A stretch of DNA of 64,000 nucleotides from the human T2T-CHM13v2.0 reference genome, Homo sapiens (GCF_009914755.1 NC_060927.1); one strand, 5' to 3'; positions 1-15,490 are shown, numbered from the stretch's first letter. Notes: a model not told the origin generated them from the letters alone. Program-made: numbers and translations.

Positions 1-278
1 CTGATTGGTTATGGACAGCAACCAGAGACTAAAGTGAAGTTACAAAGTTCCACTTCTATGCAAGCGTGTGATTGGTTGCAAAAAGCAACAAATTAGAGGT
101 ACTTTCAATTTCCCATTTGCCATGCAGAAAATGTGGGGGTTTGCAAAGGGAGTAGCGCCTGGTTCTTTTGTTACTTAGGCATGATGGAAAGTTAGGGTTT
201 TCCTTTCAATTTAGTTCTCGGAAGTCAGTATGAAATGGCCTTAGGTTCCTTGTCTTCAGACTCTATTCTCTTGCCTCA
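1..278 (-). mobile_element. ERV1-class LTR, MER51-like (runs off window start)
   Basis: Reverse complement begins TGAGGCAAGAGAATAGAGTCTGAAGACAAGGAACCTAAGG, matching the recalled MER51 5' end; repeated CCAAT boxes. Confidence 0.7.
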
Positions 279-523
279 ATAATGTAATATTTCAGTGATC
301 ACAATTAGTTTTTGAAAAGCCACAGTGAACGAAATACCAGTTTTTAAAATAAAGACAGGATCATAACAATGCTGGATTCAGTCCTGTCAGAGGCTCATGA
401 GGCAAAAGGAAGAGTCAGGAATACTGATCCTGTCTCTTAAAATCACAGGTAAGTGAAGTGTAAAACTAGGACCACATTCACCTGATTCGTAATATAAAAT
501 TGTATTGGTATGTATCATATTAA

Positions 524-934
<411 letters not shown>

Positions 935-1304
935 TAATATCTGTATGTTATAGAGAATTCTGAAAGTATATATGGGGAGAAACGTAAGACTGAGTTTGCA
1001 AACTCAGGAAGCCTGAAAACTGAGATGCTATGGAGAAGAATGGAAATTTTTGCTGAGGAAGTCAGTATAAATAACATTTTTTTCAGCAATTTAATTCTAG
1101 CAGGTGATTGGGAACAAAACTTCAACATTTCGCAAATACAAATCTGTCAGATAATATGAATGCTGATAAGCCTGATAGGTATTTTTTATTGTTTACCTTT
1201 ATACTTGAGAGTCTTATGTAGATATCCCTGTCATACTTTTCTGCAACAAAAACATATACATTTAAAATAATTTTTGATGTCAATAGACTATAAGGTTCCA
1301 AGGC

Positions 1305-1601
1305 AATTCTTTCCAGTAGAAATATAATGTGAAGTATATATATACCCTTAAATATTTAAGTAGTTCCATTTTAAAAAGTAGAAGCAGGTGAAATTAATTT
1401 GAATAATACATTGAACCAATACATTCAAAATATTGTTTCAATATGTAATCAAAATAGAAATAATGAGATATTTTACATTCTCTCTTTTTTTTACAGGTCT
1501 TTAAAATTGGTTACGTTACAGTTACATCACATTTCAGTTGAGACTAGCCACATTTCAGGTGTTCATAGCCACATGTGAGAAGAGGGTATAGTATTGGACA
1601 A
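1305..1601. mobile_element. hAT-Charlie DNA transposon, MER33-like
   Basis: TCCAGTAGAAATATAATG...CTAGCCACATTTCAGGTG...GTATTGGACA matches recalled MER33 consensus. Confidence 0.7.
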
Positions 1602-1923
1602 TCCAAAAAGTCTTTTCAAGTGACTTTTTCATTAATATTATTATTAGAACCAAAGTGATACACAGGTTTACAAATATTTGTTAAAAGTAACAAGTCAACA
1701 TTTACAATTTTTACAATATTTACAAAATTTACAATTTTTTTCTTAATAATTTTTCTTTTAAAGCTAATTCTTTTTTTAAAAAACTGATACAGGCTTCCCC
1801 GAATAAATATTACCTACTACTAGAAGAGGCAGAGTTCAGCATCAATTCTGTCTGTTTTTTGTGTGATGGTTCTGTTTTTATAGATGCCAGTGCTGTTCAC
1901 ACAGATAAGAAGATGGAAATGTT

Positions 1924-2242
<319 letters not shown>

Positions 2243-2261
2243 TCACACTCCTGATTTGTAG

Positions 2262-2708
<447 letters not shown>

Positions 2709-4075
2709 TGATGTGTTGAACTGCCCTTGTTTGATGTTCTGGAGGTTTCGATACCCTGGCACATTCTACCATAATAAGATTCTAGATGTGTGGGAAGCTT
2801 GCTTGTCATTTGTAAAGTTGGTGAAGGACCTTGTGAAAGGAGATGCCCCACTGGAAGTGTTCTCCTCCTTTAGGAAGTTGATGATCTGAAAATGGATTCT
2901 TTTGAAACTGTCCAAGCCTTCCTGTCCCTTAGAACATTGGTGTGTATCCCCAAGGCATGTATGTTCCAGTTTGAAGACTGCTTTTATACTTTTATATGAG
3001 AGCATTCCCTGTTGAAATAGATTTAAAATTCTTTTATGAGAAACGTGAATCCAGTTGTACTAGGCATTGGTACAAATATATCAGTTAACTGTATATTTAG
3101 GAGGAAATATGCCCAATGTTTTAGAGTTCTGGTTAAAACTCAGCTATTGAAGCTTGCTGTATTTTAAAATAAGAAATCACAGCAAAAATGTTATTTTACA
3201 AGTTTACCTCGTTATTTTTATAATTTGAGCTGAAGTTTTGTGGAATTGTATGTTATAAGGAGCACTTATTTTTACTTCTACTCTATGTCCTTTGACATTG
3301 TTTTTATAAGTTAAAAGGCTTATACTAATTAATTCAGGATATGGAATTTTAGTATTATAAAGGATGAAAGGGAAATGTCAAATTTGGTTACCATTTTGAA
3401 GAGAGGGCATTTTAATCCTAAATTATCCTCATTAGTAGGCTATAAATATTTTACACATTTATAGTAGCAAAGTTGATTTGATTAGGAACCCAAAGGCAAA
3501 CTGATATATTCTAGCAGTTTGAAGTTGAGAAGAATCTTCCTGTTCTTATATCAAGGGCAATGAACTACAGGCAGTGTTCCAAGTAAAGTAGCTTTTCATC
3601 TAAGTAGGACTAATGATAATGATTTACTAAGAAGTACAGATGTCTTCATGCTGATGCTTAAAGCCCAAGTTAGGTTAGCTACAGTGCTTGAATTTGGAAT
3701 GTAGAAGCAATACTAATCAAAGCTTTTATAAGCAAAATGTAAAATGATGGCTGCACTAAATGTGCATTTGTACACCAAATTTCTTTAGATCAGTACTGAC
3801 CTTTATTCTGGGCCAAGAGGCTCATGGCTTTGAATGATTACAAAGCTTATGTTTTAGGATGATTTAAAAAAAAGAGTCTACTTTCTGTTGGTTCAGCTGC
3901 TCTCACCTGTTACCACATTGATGGACTCACCATGGTTGTTGTCAACATAGCCTTTTTAATGTCCTGGTCTTGGCAGAAAAAGAGCAAACAATATGGATTC
4001 TAAATGGGAAAACATTAGCATATTAACTAAGGATGACCCAGCTTGGTAGATTGTCTTAGTCAACTTTCTGGCTGA

Positions 4076-4429
<354 letters not shown>

Positions 4430-4879
4430 TGATATCTGGTTAGTAGAGAAGACTGAAAAGACTCCTTTCTTGGTTTAATTGCTTTTGCTCTCCTTCCTGC
4501 TTCTTCATCTCTAGTCCTTTTTGCACATTCTACAGGTGTCTCTTTTTCCTTTCTCTTCCCCTGCTCCTTTTCATCCTTCAGATTATACTTCAGGATTTAA
4601 TTTTCCTGGAATGCCTTCTCTGAACTCCCTGCATTAGGTTCATCTTCTTTGTGGGAATGAAAATAATAACCATTTTGTAACACTTTGTATGTGCTAAGGA
4701 TTGTGTTAATCACATTGCTTAAACCTCTGCTTTTCAAACTTTTTTTAGTAGTCTCTGCTTCCAACATCTTGTTTTTTATTTATTTTTTCTTTCTCTCACT
4801 TTCTCCCAACAACTTTTGTTATATCCTCATATATAAATCTTTCTAAAATCCTAGGGCTCTGAGGAACTGTGACTATCAC

Positions 4880-5045
4880 TGATGACCATTATTTAACTCT
4901 CCAGCTCTGTGAGTTGGGTATTATTATTCCCATTTTAAAGAGTTATCTGAGACAAGGAGAAGTACCAAATTGCCTAAGGTAACTGGCAGAGCTGGGATCT
5001 GAACTCAAGTTTTCATTGTTGTAGTTGTGCTATTGACTATTCTAG
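4880..5045. mobile_element. MIR fragment
   Basis: ATTATTCCCATTTTA...GGCAGAGCTGGGATCTGAACTCAAG core-like sequence. Confidence 0.6.
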
Positions 5046-5119
5046 GGTCTCTCAGTAATACACAAATGCTGACTTCTGTAGCATCCTCCGTTAGTGTCCT
5101 GGAGCATAGGGACAGATCC

Positions 5120-5523
<404 letters not shown>

Positions 5524-5649
5524 TAATCTAATGTCAACAACATTTTAACAAATTAATCATTGCCATTTTGTTCTTTTGTGAATTTGTAACATTGCTTCCA
5601 GGTAAGTTTAAAGAAACTTACCATTATCCTTTGCAGCACTTTTTTTTAC

Positions 5650-6387
5650 AGGTAATCAGGCATGAGTGGGGCAGGAGAGGGCTAACCCCCACCTACCAGG
5701 AATGTCAGGCAATCATCAGGCGATGACTTAGCTGTTATCACACTGCCTCTCTAAAAATGATAATTGGCAGCCAGTGCCAGGGAGAGGCAATTTCCTGATG
5801 CTCCACAGTTGTCACACTAAAGTGATAATTCATCACAGGCACCAGGGAGAGGCAATTTCCCAAACAGATAAAAACATTTGAAATTGGTAATCAGCTTCCA
5901 ATAAAATCTCAGGAATTAGGCAAGTGAGCTCAAGCATGTGCATAAAGAGACAAAATGGCAGAGTGTGACCTTCTGGGGGCATTCCACTGAAAAGGGAAGA
6001 AAGCCTCAGGTGAGCATGCATACAAGTTTCTAAACACACTGTGCGTGCTCACCTTCCAAGTGTAAGGAGGGCACTGTGCATGTGGGGAGCTCACCCTTAA
6101 GGAAGAATGAAGGAAGAGGGGTGCAAGACACCGGAAGTGGGCCAGTGTATAAAGTCATAGGATTAAGGTTAAATGGGGCACTTGACCTCCAGAGTACTCG
6201 CTTGGGTCTCTTCCAAGTGAACTGTCCTTTCTTTCTTGCTCTAAAGCTTTTGAATAAACTTCCACTCTTGGTCTTAAACTTGGCTTGGTCTCTTTTTCTG
6301 CCTTATGCCCCTCAGTCTAATTCTTTCTTCTGAGGAGGCAAGAATTGAAGTTGCTGCAGACCCATATGGATTTACCTCCCACTAACA
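5650..6387 (+). mobile_element. Solo ERV1 LTR, MER50-like
   Basis: GGGCAGGAGAGG..CAGGAATGTCAGGC start, TATAAA near 6148, AATAAA near 6253, ends GCAGACCC...ACTAACA. Confidence 0.8.
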
Positions 6388-7039
6388 CTTTTAGTACATA
6401 GGACAGTATCATTATTCCAATTATAATATTGAGAGGAACATAGAAAATGATCATAAATTATAGCTTATGGCTCCAAATAATTGGAAAAACTGGAAAGAAG
6501 GCAAGATTATTGTTTTTAAGTTAGGTCTACTAAAATAAATGAATGAATGAAACTACCAATTTCAGTTTCTTTCTTTGGACCAAAGATTGCCATGTACAAA
6601 TGCTAAATCCTCAGGAATTTGTTAAATATGCCCCTTTTCCTGTTAAGATGAAAAAAAAAATTAAGATTTGGTTGTTTTTGACAATTTAAGCACAAAATTG
6701 TCTCAATGTAGTAAGTGTTAGTATATATATGAAACTTGCATTGTGACACTTTATACTTCATATTTTTAAAAAGTTTAACCAACCTAAGACCATTTCAAAT
6801 AAAGTCTACGTGTAAGCAATAATTCTGCTGGAAGCTATTTTAAAATGCTGACTTGAGAATCTTGACTCAGACTATATATAATTTAATGAAAAGCTGCCCT
6901 GATCTTCAGTCGTAATAATTTAAATATTCATTATTATAATGCCATGCTTCAATCAAGTCATCTACATTTAATATGCACATACTAAATGCAAGGTATTGGA
7001 TGGTATGTGTATAGAGGTAAGGGATATAGAAATGATGAA

Positions 7040-8190
7040 GACTTCTGTTTCCTGCGGTGTGACAGACTGGGTACCCTAACCAACCCCCCTTAAGAAAATA
7101 ACTAAAAATGTAGGATATAATATTAAACAAAAATTTTTAAATGCATCAATTATCTTTAAATACTTAGTGGCCAAAACCTAAGAGACAGTGGGAACCTTGA
7201 AGGTAAATTACGTACTGAAGCTGGCTTTTGACCTAAGAACATTTTCTTAACATGAAAAACTTACATGTTTTTTATTGCTTCATGAGAGTGAAGGAATAAA
7301 AAACAAAGCCAGAGCCTACCCAAGTAGAGCATCTAATAGAAGATTCACTTACATCAAGCTGGGATTCAAAGTGCTATACCCACCATATAAGGTAAACCAG
7401 GAAGAAATTGTCCTCTCCAAATAACTGCAAGGAAAACTGCCTGTCTTCAACTTTGATGCCGTGTTCCTCTCAATATTATAATTGGAATAATGATACTGTC
7501 CTGTGTACTAAAAGTGTTAGTGGGAGGTAAATCCATATGGGTCTGCAGCAACTTCAATTCTTGCCTCCTCAGAAAGTATGCTTCGAAATCATTACAGTGA
7601 AGTTGCAGAACACTGAAAATAAAGAGAAGACCTTAATAGCAACCAGAAAGAATGGAGAGCTTACTTTCAAAGGAACGATGGACAGAGGGTTGACTCTTGA
7701 GAACGAGAGTTCAAAGGAATATAAAAGATGACTATCAATCCAGAAATATATTCAGTCAATAATGCTCCTGAAGAGCAAAAGCAAAATAGAGAAAGAGAGA
7801 GAGAGATTAAGAGTTTTTCACCAACAATTCTGAAGGATATGCTTCAGGAAAAAAGAAAGCCATCCAAGATGGAAGATAGGAGTTAGAAAAAAAATGAATA
7901 GCAAAGGTGGGATATTATGTGGGGAGTGCCTAACCATCATTGGCTATATAAGACCATGATAATGTTTTGTGGTGTCCAAAAATGTAAGTCAAAAGAAAAC
8001 CCAGATATACAATAACAGTAGCATCTAAAGCAAGAGTGTTACGAGATTCTTGTATCTTTTAGGAAAGTTGGTGAAAATTGACTTAGCTTAGATTTTTCTT
8101 AACACGTGCATGTTAAAAGTCTTTTGGGTTACCACTAGAAAAGTCAAAATAGAATGTAAAACATTTAAACTAGAAAAAGAGGAAAGTTGA
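7040..8190 (+). mobile_element. Old L1 (L1M/L1ME-type) 5'UTR/ORF1 remnant, interrupted at 7462-7574
   Basis: GACTTCTGTTTCC start; ORF1-like IITVKLQNTENKEKTLIATRK after 7575. Confidence 0.55.
7462..7574 (-). repeat. Inverted copy of 6328-6440 (113 bp, 1 mismatch)
   Basis: Direct base-by-base reverse-complement comparison. Confidence 0.97.
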
Positions 8191-8244
8191 ATGAAAGGTG
8201 AGTAAGACCTCTTTTCTCTGAGGCCCTTAGTATTTGATAGGCAG

Positions 8245-8900
8245 TGGTGAACAATGGCAGGGGTGACTTTGGGGGTTATCTTGTGGACCCAGCTTATGCA
8301 TCACTACAGATATGTTTGGCTTCATCTTTACTCCCATCCCTCACCTCGTGGCTGGAGCCACTTGAATTGTTTCCAGAGACTGGAGAAACCCTAGCAAAGG
8401 CTCATGCCATTCATGCAGTTATCTTCTGCTAATGCTACCACTGCCACAAATTGAAGAGCCTCCCAATGAGTGCCAGGTGACAAGCAGAGATCACCTCACC
8501 TGTATGCTTGCAATACCTGGCCTTGGGTACTGTCTGGTTTTTTTTAGCAGTTGCCTGAAGGGGTCAGGTACACAACCCCAAAGTTGGTAGAAGTTACCAG
8601 CTCTTGTTGTGGACTTTAACCAATGAGAGAAAGAGACAAAAAGCAGCCAGCAGATTGTTCTTCCTCCTTCCTCCACTAACCTCCAGTTCCTGAGAAGGCT
8701 CTGTAATTTCAAACTGTAGAGTTGCCCTGAGAGACTGACCAAAGCTCTAGGCAGCTTGATTACAAATCCTCCTGTATCTATCATGCTACTTCCATGATTT
8801 ACTTCCTTTTTTCTCTCACTTTTGCTTCCTTAGAATTGCACCCTGTCCATACCATGAACTTCTGTCTTACATTGTTTTCTAGTGATCTCAAGCTAAGACG
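8245..8900 (+). mobile_element. Degenerate ERVL-type LTR (LTR16-like)
   Basis: 3' end TTTTCTAGTGATCTCAAGCTAAGAC resembles ERVL LTR termini. Confidence 0.4.
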
Positions 8901-9070
8901 AGGGCTTTTAGACACCTATTTAAGTTCCATTAGTGAGTCCTCCAAAAGACACCCAAAATAAACATGAAAACTAGCTGTACAGATGTGCTTTAAGATGATT
9001 TTCTACTCCTCTTCTCAACAAAATTGATGCCATCTCCTGAGTGTCTTCCCTATAGAAATATGGAGCCCTG

Positions 9071-9400
9071 GGCCTGGCACGGTGGCTCATGTCTGTAATC
9101 CCAGCACGATGGGAGACCGAGGTAGGTAGGTCACCTGAGGTCAGGAGTTCCAGACCAGCCTGGCCAACATGGCGAAACCCCGTCTCTACTAAAAATACAA
9201 AAATTTAAAAATACAAAAATTAGCCAGACGTGGTGACGCACACCTGTAATCCCACCTACTTGGGAGGCTGAGGCAGGAGAATCGCTTGAACCTGGGAGTC
9301 AGAGGTTGCAGTGAGCCGAGATCATGCCACTGAACTTCAGCCTGGGCAACAGAGCGAGACTGCATCTCAAAAAAAAAAAAAAAAAAAAAAAAAAAAGAAA
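9071..9400 (+). mobile_element. Alu (AluS-like) with 16-bp TSD AGAAATATGGAGCCCT
   Basis: Full-length, long A tail; TSD at 9054-9069 and 9401-9416. Confidence 0.96.
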
Positions 9401-9707
9401 AGAAATATGGAGCCCTCGTAGTAGAGAAGGTAAGCCATACACAGAAACACCTCTCATGTGAGATAAATAAGAGAAGTACTGAGTATGTTTGGGAAATGGA
9501 GTAGTCCATCAAGTTTGGTAGAGCACAGAGTATACTGGGGAAATAGTGGGAGATTAAAATGGAAACATTGTCCTGAGGTCTGGCTATTATGGACCTTGAT
9601 TTAAGGACTCTGCATTTGAACTTTACTCAGTGGATGATGGGAAGTCACTAAAAGTTTTTTTTTTTACTTTTTAACAGTGGAATGACAATCAGAAAAAAAA
9701 AAATATG

Positions 9708-10104
9708 TAACTGGGCATGTCCCTGTGGAGACACTGAAAGCCTGTGGAGTTGTTAAAATACATATACACATACATATACATATATGTATGTGTATATGTA
9801 TGTATGTATGTATTTGAGCAAAGGCTTTACAATGTTTTTTCCCTTCTACGTTAAACTGTAATGTTCAGTTAGTTCTCTAGTATTGTTGCCTTGGTAACCT
9901 GACAGAGATTGTCACTATGATCTAGGCAAGATTGCTTATGATAAAGATGACCCTGATTGGTAAACTGCATGTGGGCTGGGAGAAAGAATAAATAACCCCT
10001 AGAGACCTGATAGAGGTGCCATGCTTTGGGTCTTCTGAGTGCAGTGATTCTTATAACTGGGCATGTCCCTGTGGAGACACTGAAAGCCTGTGGAGTTTTT
10101 AAAA
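9708..10104 (+). repeat. Displaced direct repeat: 9708-9758 and 10054-10104 (51 bp, 1 mismatch)
   Basis: TAACTGGGCATGTCCCTGTGGAGACACTGAAAGCCTGTGGAGTT occurs twice, 346 bp apart. Confidence 0.95.
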
Positions 10105-10590
10105 GGAATAATGGTTCCTGTGGGACAGGAAGCTTTTAAGCCAGGACAGTTCCTGCGTCTGCCGCAATGTGAGTTTCATCTTCTTGCACCTGAATTACCA
10201 CCTGTGTTTACTCTTAAGCGTTAGTTCTTTAGAGTGAGAGCCATGTCTGAGGTATTGGTTGTATAACATATCTTTAGGAATTTATAATTTTTTATAGGTT
10301 TTACCTCTAATAAAATTAAACTTGGTGGAGCAAATGCTGAGAGCTTCTGAGAGACTGTGTAGGCATGACTGTTGTAAATGTTTTATGTAGTAGGTATGTT
10401 CATCTATATATACATACACATATACCTTATTTCTGTTTTTAAAGCATAAGAAAATAATAATGTTTACCTCTGAGCCCTATTTCTGCATAATTATGATGAG
10501 TTAATTTCTTTCTGAAATTTATTTGCTGAAAAGTAGAAATTTAACAGTTCCATTGCCTTCATTTGAAACTTTTTAATCCTTTTTATTTAG

Positions 10591-10745
10591 GTTATCTTCA
10601 TTGTAATGAATATGATAGTCTGAGATTGAGGTGGCTAAGGCAGACGTTGGAATCTTTCATCCCACAGCCTTTGATAAATGTAATTAAAGTGTCTGAATTG
10701 GATGGCAGAAAAATGGGAGATGCCCAGCCTGAAATGTTTGACAAG
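10591..10745 (+). CDS. NSUN3: NSUN3 coding exon (exon 4), 155 nt, (G)YLHCNEYD...QPEMFDK
   Basis: TTTTATTTAG acceptor, AAG|GTACTT donor; in frame with neighbours; overlaps ORF 10563..10787. Confidence 0.97.
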
Positions 10746-11483
10746 GTACTTTTATTACATTGTGACAAACTGATGGAGGCCCAGTAATACCACTATTATG
10801 TTGCTTTGTGGTTGTTATTTTCCATCTGTTCTCAGACATAGCCTGATACAGTTTCTCAGTACCCTGGAAAATTTTGATAAAGTGAACATGGAAGCAGTTT
10901 TCATTTGATGGTCAGCATGGTTCAAAGGAAGCAGTAACATTGGGATTGAGGATTATAGAATGTTTTATATTGGCAGGTAACTCAAAGATACTCAGGAAAA
11001 GATCGGATATTATTTGGGTCAGTACTGTATTGCTTTAATTCAGTAACATTTCATATCAGAGTATGACAGTTGAAGAAAAAGAGGTTATTTCAGTAAGCTG
11101 AAGTTGAAATATTAGTTCTTAGAAATAAGTGCTGAGAATTCAGAAATATTATTAATGTCTGATTACAATGAGTAACTTTTGTAAAAATTTTTGCTGTGGT
11201 TGTCAAGGATATCAAATAACATTAGTAGACCTAGTAAACTTTAATTCTCCCATCCTAAGCCCCCAAAAACAAACACTGAAAGTACATGGTAAGTTTTTCT
11301 GAAAAGTGTTAGTGAGGAAATGTCATAAGGAAAAACCTACTGTGGTGTATTTTCAGTTAAAAAAGAAATGTTTTTACTTATTTCCTATTTGTTTACCATG
11401 TTTTAGAGAACTTCTCTATCTACTTCGTGCCTGAGAATAGATTGTCAGTGCATATTTGCATCACTTGTCTTTTTTTTCTCTAG

Positions 11484-11605
11484 GTGTTAGTGGATGCTCC
11501 GTGTTCAAATGATCGAAGCTGGTTGTTTTCTTCTGACTCTCAGAAGGCATCCTGTAGGATAAGTCAAAGGAGGAATTTGCCTCTTCTACAGATAGAGCTG
11601 TTAAG
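11484..11605 (+). CDS. NSUN3: NSUN3 coding exon (exon 5), 122 nt, VLVDAPCSNDRSW...QIELL(R); motif IV Cys at 11502-11504
   Basis: Polypyrimidine tract plus TAG acceptor, AAG|GTAAGG donor; DAPCS motif of RNA m5C methyltransferases; absent from the ORF track. Confidence 0.97.
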
Positions 11606-12180
11606 GTAAGGACTGTTAATACAAAAGTGTATTTTGGTGTCTGATGTAATTTACACAGGCATAATAGAACATGTCAGGCCCCCAGTGGAGGGCTTGCTGT
11701 GTAGGTGTCAATGATTATTCCTCCAAAGGCTACACTCAAAAAATTCCCAACTTCTTCCCCTTTATCGCTCATACTGTAATGCTCACCGCCCCTCCCTCCA
11801 CCCCCAGTGATGTGTAGTATTGCTGTGCATTGTCTTTTAAAGGGCATAGGCAATTTTACTGTAGTTCAAAGTTGTTTGCTCACTGGGACCCAACCCTGGG
11901 GGTTCATAGCCCTGTTTCTTTTACCAGAATCTGAGCAGCCCCTTAGGAATAGCTTTGAATCAGGATGCATGTTTTGTTATTGTTCTGGATGAATCAGCCC
12001 CTAGCAAGTTGTAGCTGGTTGTTAGCGCTTATCTCCCCTCTGAGAATTTTCCAGAAGGACCTGGCCACTGAACATTTGGTTTCATTAAGAACACAGCCAT
12101 TTTGAAACATTATTGTTCGGGTTCCAACAGCGATTTTGACATATGCCCTACTCCCATGTAATTCTCTTGTTTAATGCTAA

Positions 12181-12508
<328 letters not shown>

Positions 12509-12924
12509 ACTAAAGCAAAATTATCTATAATATTTAAAATACAATTAAATGGTGCCTTAATCACTCATTACCTCTTGCACGTAGAAAGACAGTGAATGAC
12601 AGTATGCATTTCCAACTTCTGACTGATACACAACAATAAACATATACCATTACCTAAATATTATAACCAATACTAATACATAGCCTTGTATCAGATTACG
12701 TCTCAGCTGATTATGGTGATTCTTGGTAGTACTTATCAGAAGGCTTTTCTGAACATTTCAGCAGTTAGACTATTTGTTTGTATACTTCTGATGTCCACCT
12801 TTCATGTAACACTAAGATATTTTGAAAACTTTATACCACCGTTCCCTTTTAGCCTTTGGGTTATTAGCTTTGAGATGACCTAGACCCTTCTCTAAATCAT
12901 TTTTCTCACCTAAGCTGTTTTGAT

Positions 12925-13250
12925 TTGGCTTCTTTGTTTTTTTGTGTGTTTGTTTGTTTGTTTTTTGAGATAGAGTCTTACTCTGTCACCCAGACTGTAG
13001 TGCAGTGGTGTGATCCCCGCTCACTCCAACATCTACCTCCTGGGTTCAAGCGATTCTCATGCCTCAGCCCCCCAAGTGGCTGGGATTATAGGTGCCCACA
13101 ACCATGCCTGGCTAATTTTTGTATTTTTAGTAGAGACGGGGGTTTCACCATGTTGACCAGGCTGGTCTCGAACTCCTGACCTCAAGTGATCTGCCCGCCT
13201 TGGCCTCCCAAACTGCTGGTATTACAGGCATGAGGCAGCATCCCCCAGCC
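12925..13250 (-). mobile_element. Alu (AluS-like)
   Basis: Antisense Alu. Confidence 0.95.
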
Positions 13251-14129
13251 TCAGTTTCTTAATTATTCCTGCTACACCAGCCTTGCCATTGTTATTCCTT
13301 ACACCTGTAACAGATACCAAATCTTGTGATGGCTTATTAACATTGTAATCTACATTTTTTAAAACCATAAGTAAGCAAACAGGCTTTCTGAGAATATTAT
13401 TTTTCTTCTCTGTCTCCTGACAGATCTGCCTCTGACTTCCTTTTCTTTCTATTACCAGGTTTTCTGTGATATATTCTGTCTACTGTTTTTCCTCCCATTT
13501 TGTCTCAATTAATTATATTTTATCGTCTGTTTCCTTTATTCTTCCAAACCTATTCTTATTAAAGAACTATTAATTTTTAAAATTTTTAGAATTTTTAAAA
13601 CATTTTTAATTATACAGGTAACACATGAAACCATTTTCATTGTAAAAAAATAAATCAAATAATACAAATGAAGCAAAAGGCCCTGTTGGCCACATGCCCA
13701 ACCAAATATCAGCTTTCTTCTCAGAGTTAACTGTTGGATTAGTATCTGCATGTAGTGAAATACATTTTAAAATAACTTTTATCATGATATGTATATTCTT
13801 CTGTTACATGGTCTTTTTTTTTTTTAACCAAATATTTCTTAAGTCTTTTCCATGTAGATCTACTTTGTTCTCTTTAACTTACGTGAAACATTCAAGAGGA
13901 TCTATTGTATTCCTTTTTAATCCTTTAATCCTCTATTTCTGGATATTTACATTGTTTGTTTGTTTGTTTACTTTTATAAACCATTCTTTAATTTGTCTCA
14001 TCCGACAGGTCTGCTAGCATTTTTCTTGATTAAATAAATATTGAGAAGTAGAACTGAGGATCAAATACTTTAATAGCTGTGTTGAATTGTTCTCCAAAAA
14101 GGCTATACCAGTTTATACTCCCTGCTGCA

Positions 14130-15490
14130 CTGGACTTTGTTTACTGCTTGCTCCCTCTTAAAATATTCTCTTCCCTTGACATTTGTGATCAGAGGCTTTC
14201 CTGGTTCTCCCTACTTCTCAGTTATGCCTTCTTCATATATTATTTAACTCGCTCCTCATCAGCTCATCCCACAAATTTTGGGTTTCTTTAGCCTACTGAT
14301 ATTGATCCTTTTCTCTATCTGATGGCTTCAACTGATATCTCCCAATACATGAGCTTAGACTATCTCTCAAATATGAATCTAAGCTTAGATCTTTCTCCTT
14401 AGCCTCAGACCTACATATTCAATTACCGATCCGAGATCTCCAGAAACTTAAAACTCAAATAATTAAGATAAAAATCATAATTTCTAATTCTCTTAGGAGA
14501 ATCTTCACCAAATCGACAAAACAAAAAATCAGACTAGAAATTCCACCAACCTGCCTCTTCCCCCTCTCTTCTCGATTTTAGTAAATGCCACGCCACCATA
14601 TATTTGCCTAAGTCAGACACCCATCTTCAACTTTCCTTTTTCTCATATATTCAATCAATCACTAAGACGTCTCAGTTGTACCTATTACATGTGTCTCAAG
14701 TTCACCCAACTCTCTCCATCCTGAATAGCCTAACCTAAGCCACCAGTATTGTCACCTAAATGATTTTAACTGGCCTCTAACTGTCCTACATATCTCCAGT
14801 TGTGAGCCATACTGCTTGATTCTCCACAGTGAAGCCAGAGTGACACATCCGAAATGAAAATCTCGTGTCAATTATCCTTCTGGAAATCCTACAGTGGTTC
14901 CCCATTACCAGCAAAATTTCACACTCTTTTTGTTTGTTTGTTTGTTTTTTTAATTTGGGGATTTTCCAGTGAAAACCAGGATTTGCTAGACGAATTCTAA
15001 AAGAGCTGCAATACTTCATACTGTTAGTGTAATACTCAAGTCCTCTTTTGACCTGGCCCCTTCTTACTTCAGCAACCTCATTGTCTCAGGACTCCTACTC
15101 ATTTTGTTGCAACCATGCAGTTTCTCAACAGTCCACACAGTGTCTCATTTCTGAGGCCAGTGCATTTCCTGTTCCTTTTCCTTGAGAGTTATTCTAATTT
15201 ACACTTCCCTTTCTCCTGGCAAACTCTACTGATTCTTCGGGAATCAGCTCTGACGTCTCCTTACTGAAGCCTTGCCTGACTTCCTAGGAGTGGGGTGGAT
15301 ATTGTCCTCATGTCCTTACCTTCACTTAAAGATACATTTATTGTCAGTTCCTCTGCTACTCAATTATCTAGTACGTGCCTCTCTTTTTGACAAGACTGTA
15401 AGCCCCATGGGAGCAGGGATTGTTTTATTATTTTTATTCCTACCATATAATTTGGTGTCTGGCATGTAGAAAAGACTAAGTAATTGTTTA
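14130..15490 (-). mobile_element. L2 LINE remnant
   Basis: Typical L2 phrases such as CTCCACAGTGAAGCCAGAGTG and GACTGTAAGCCCCATGGGAGCAGGGA. Confidence 0.65.

Noticed and set aside
5755-5860. Internal repeat GCCAGGGAGAGGCAATTTCC-like within the LTR
   Set aside because: Probably an intrinsic feature of this LTR family rather than a locus-specific event
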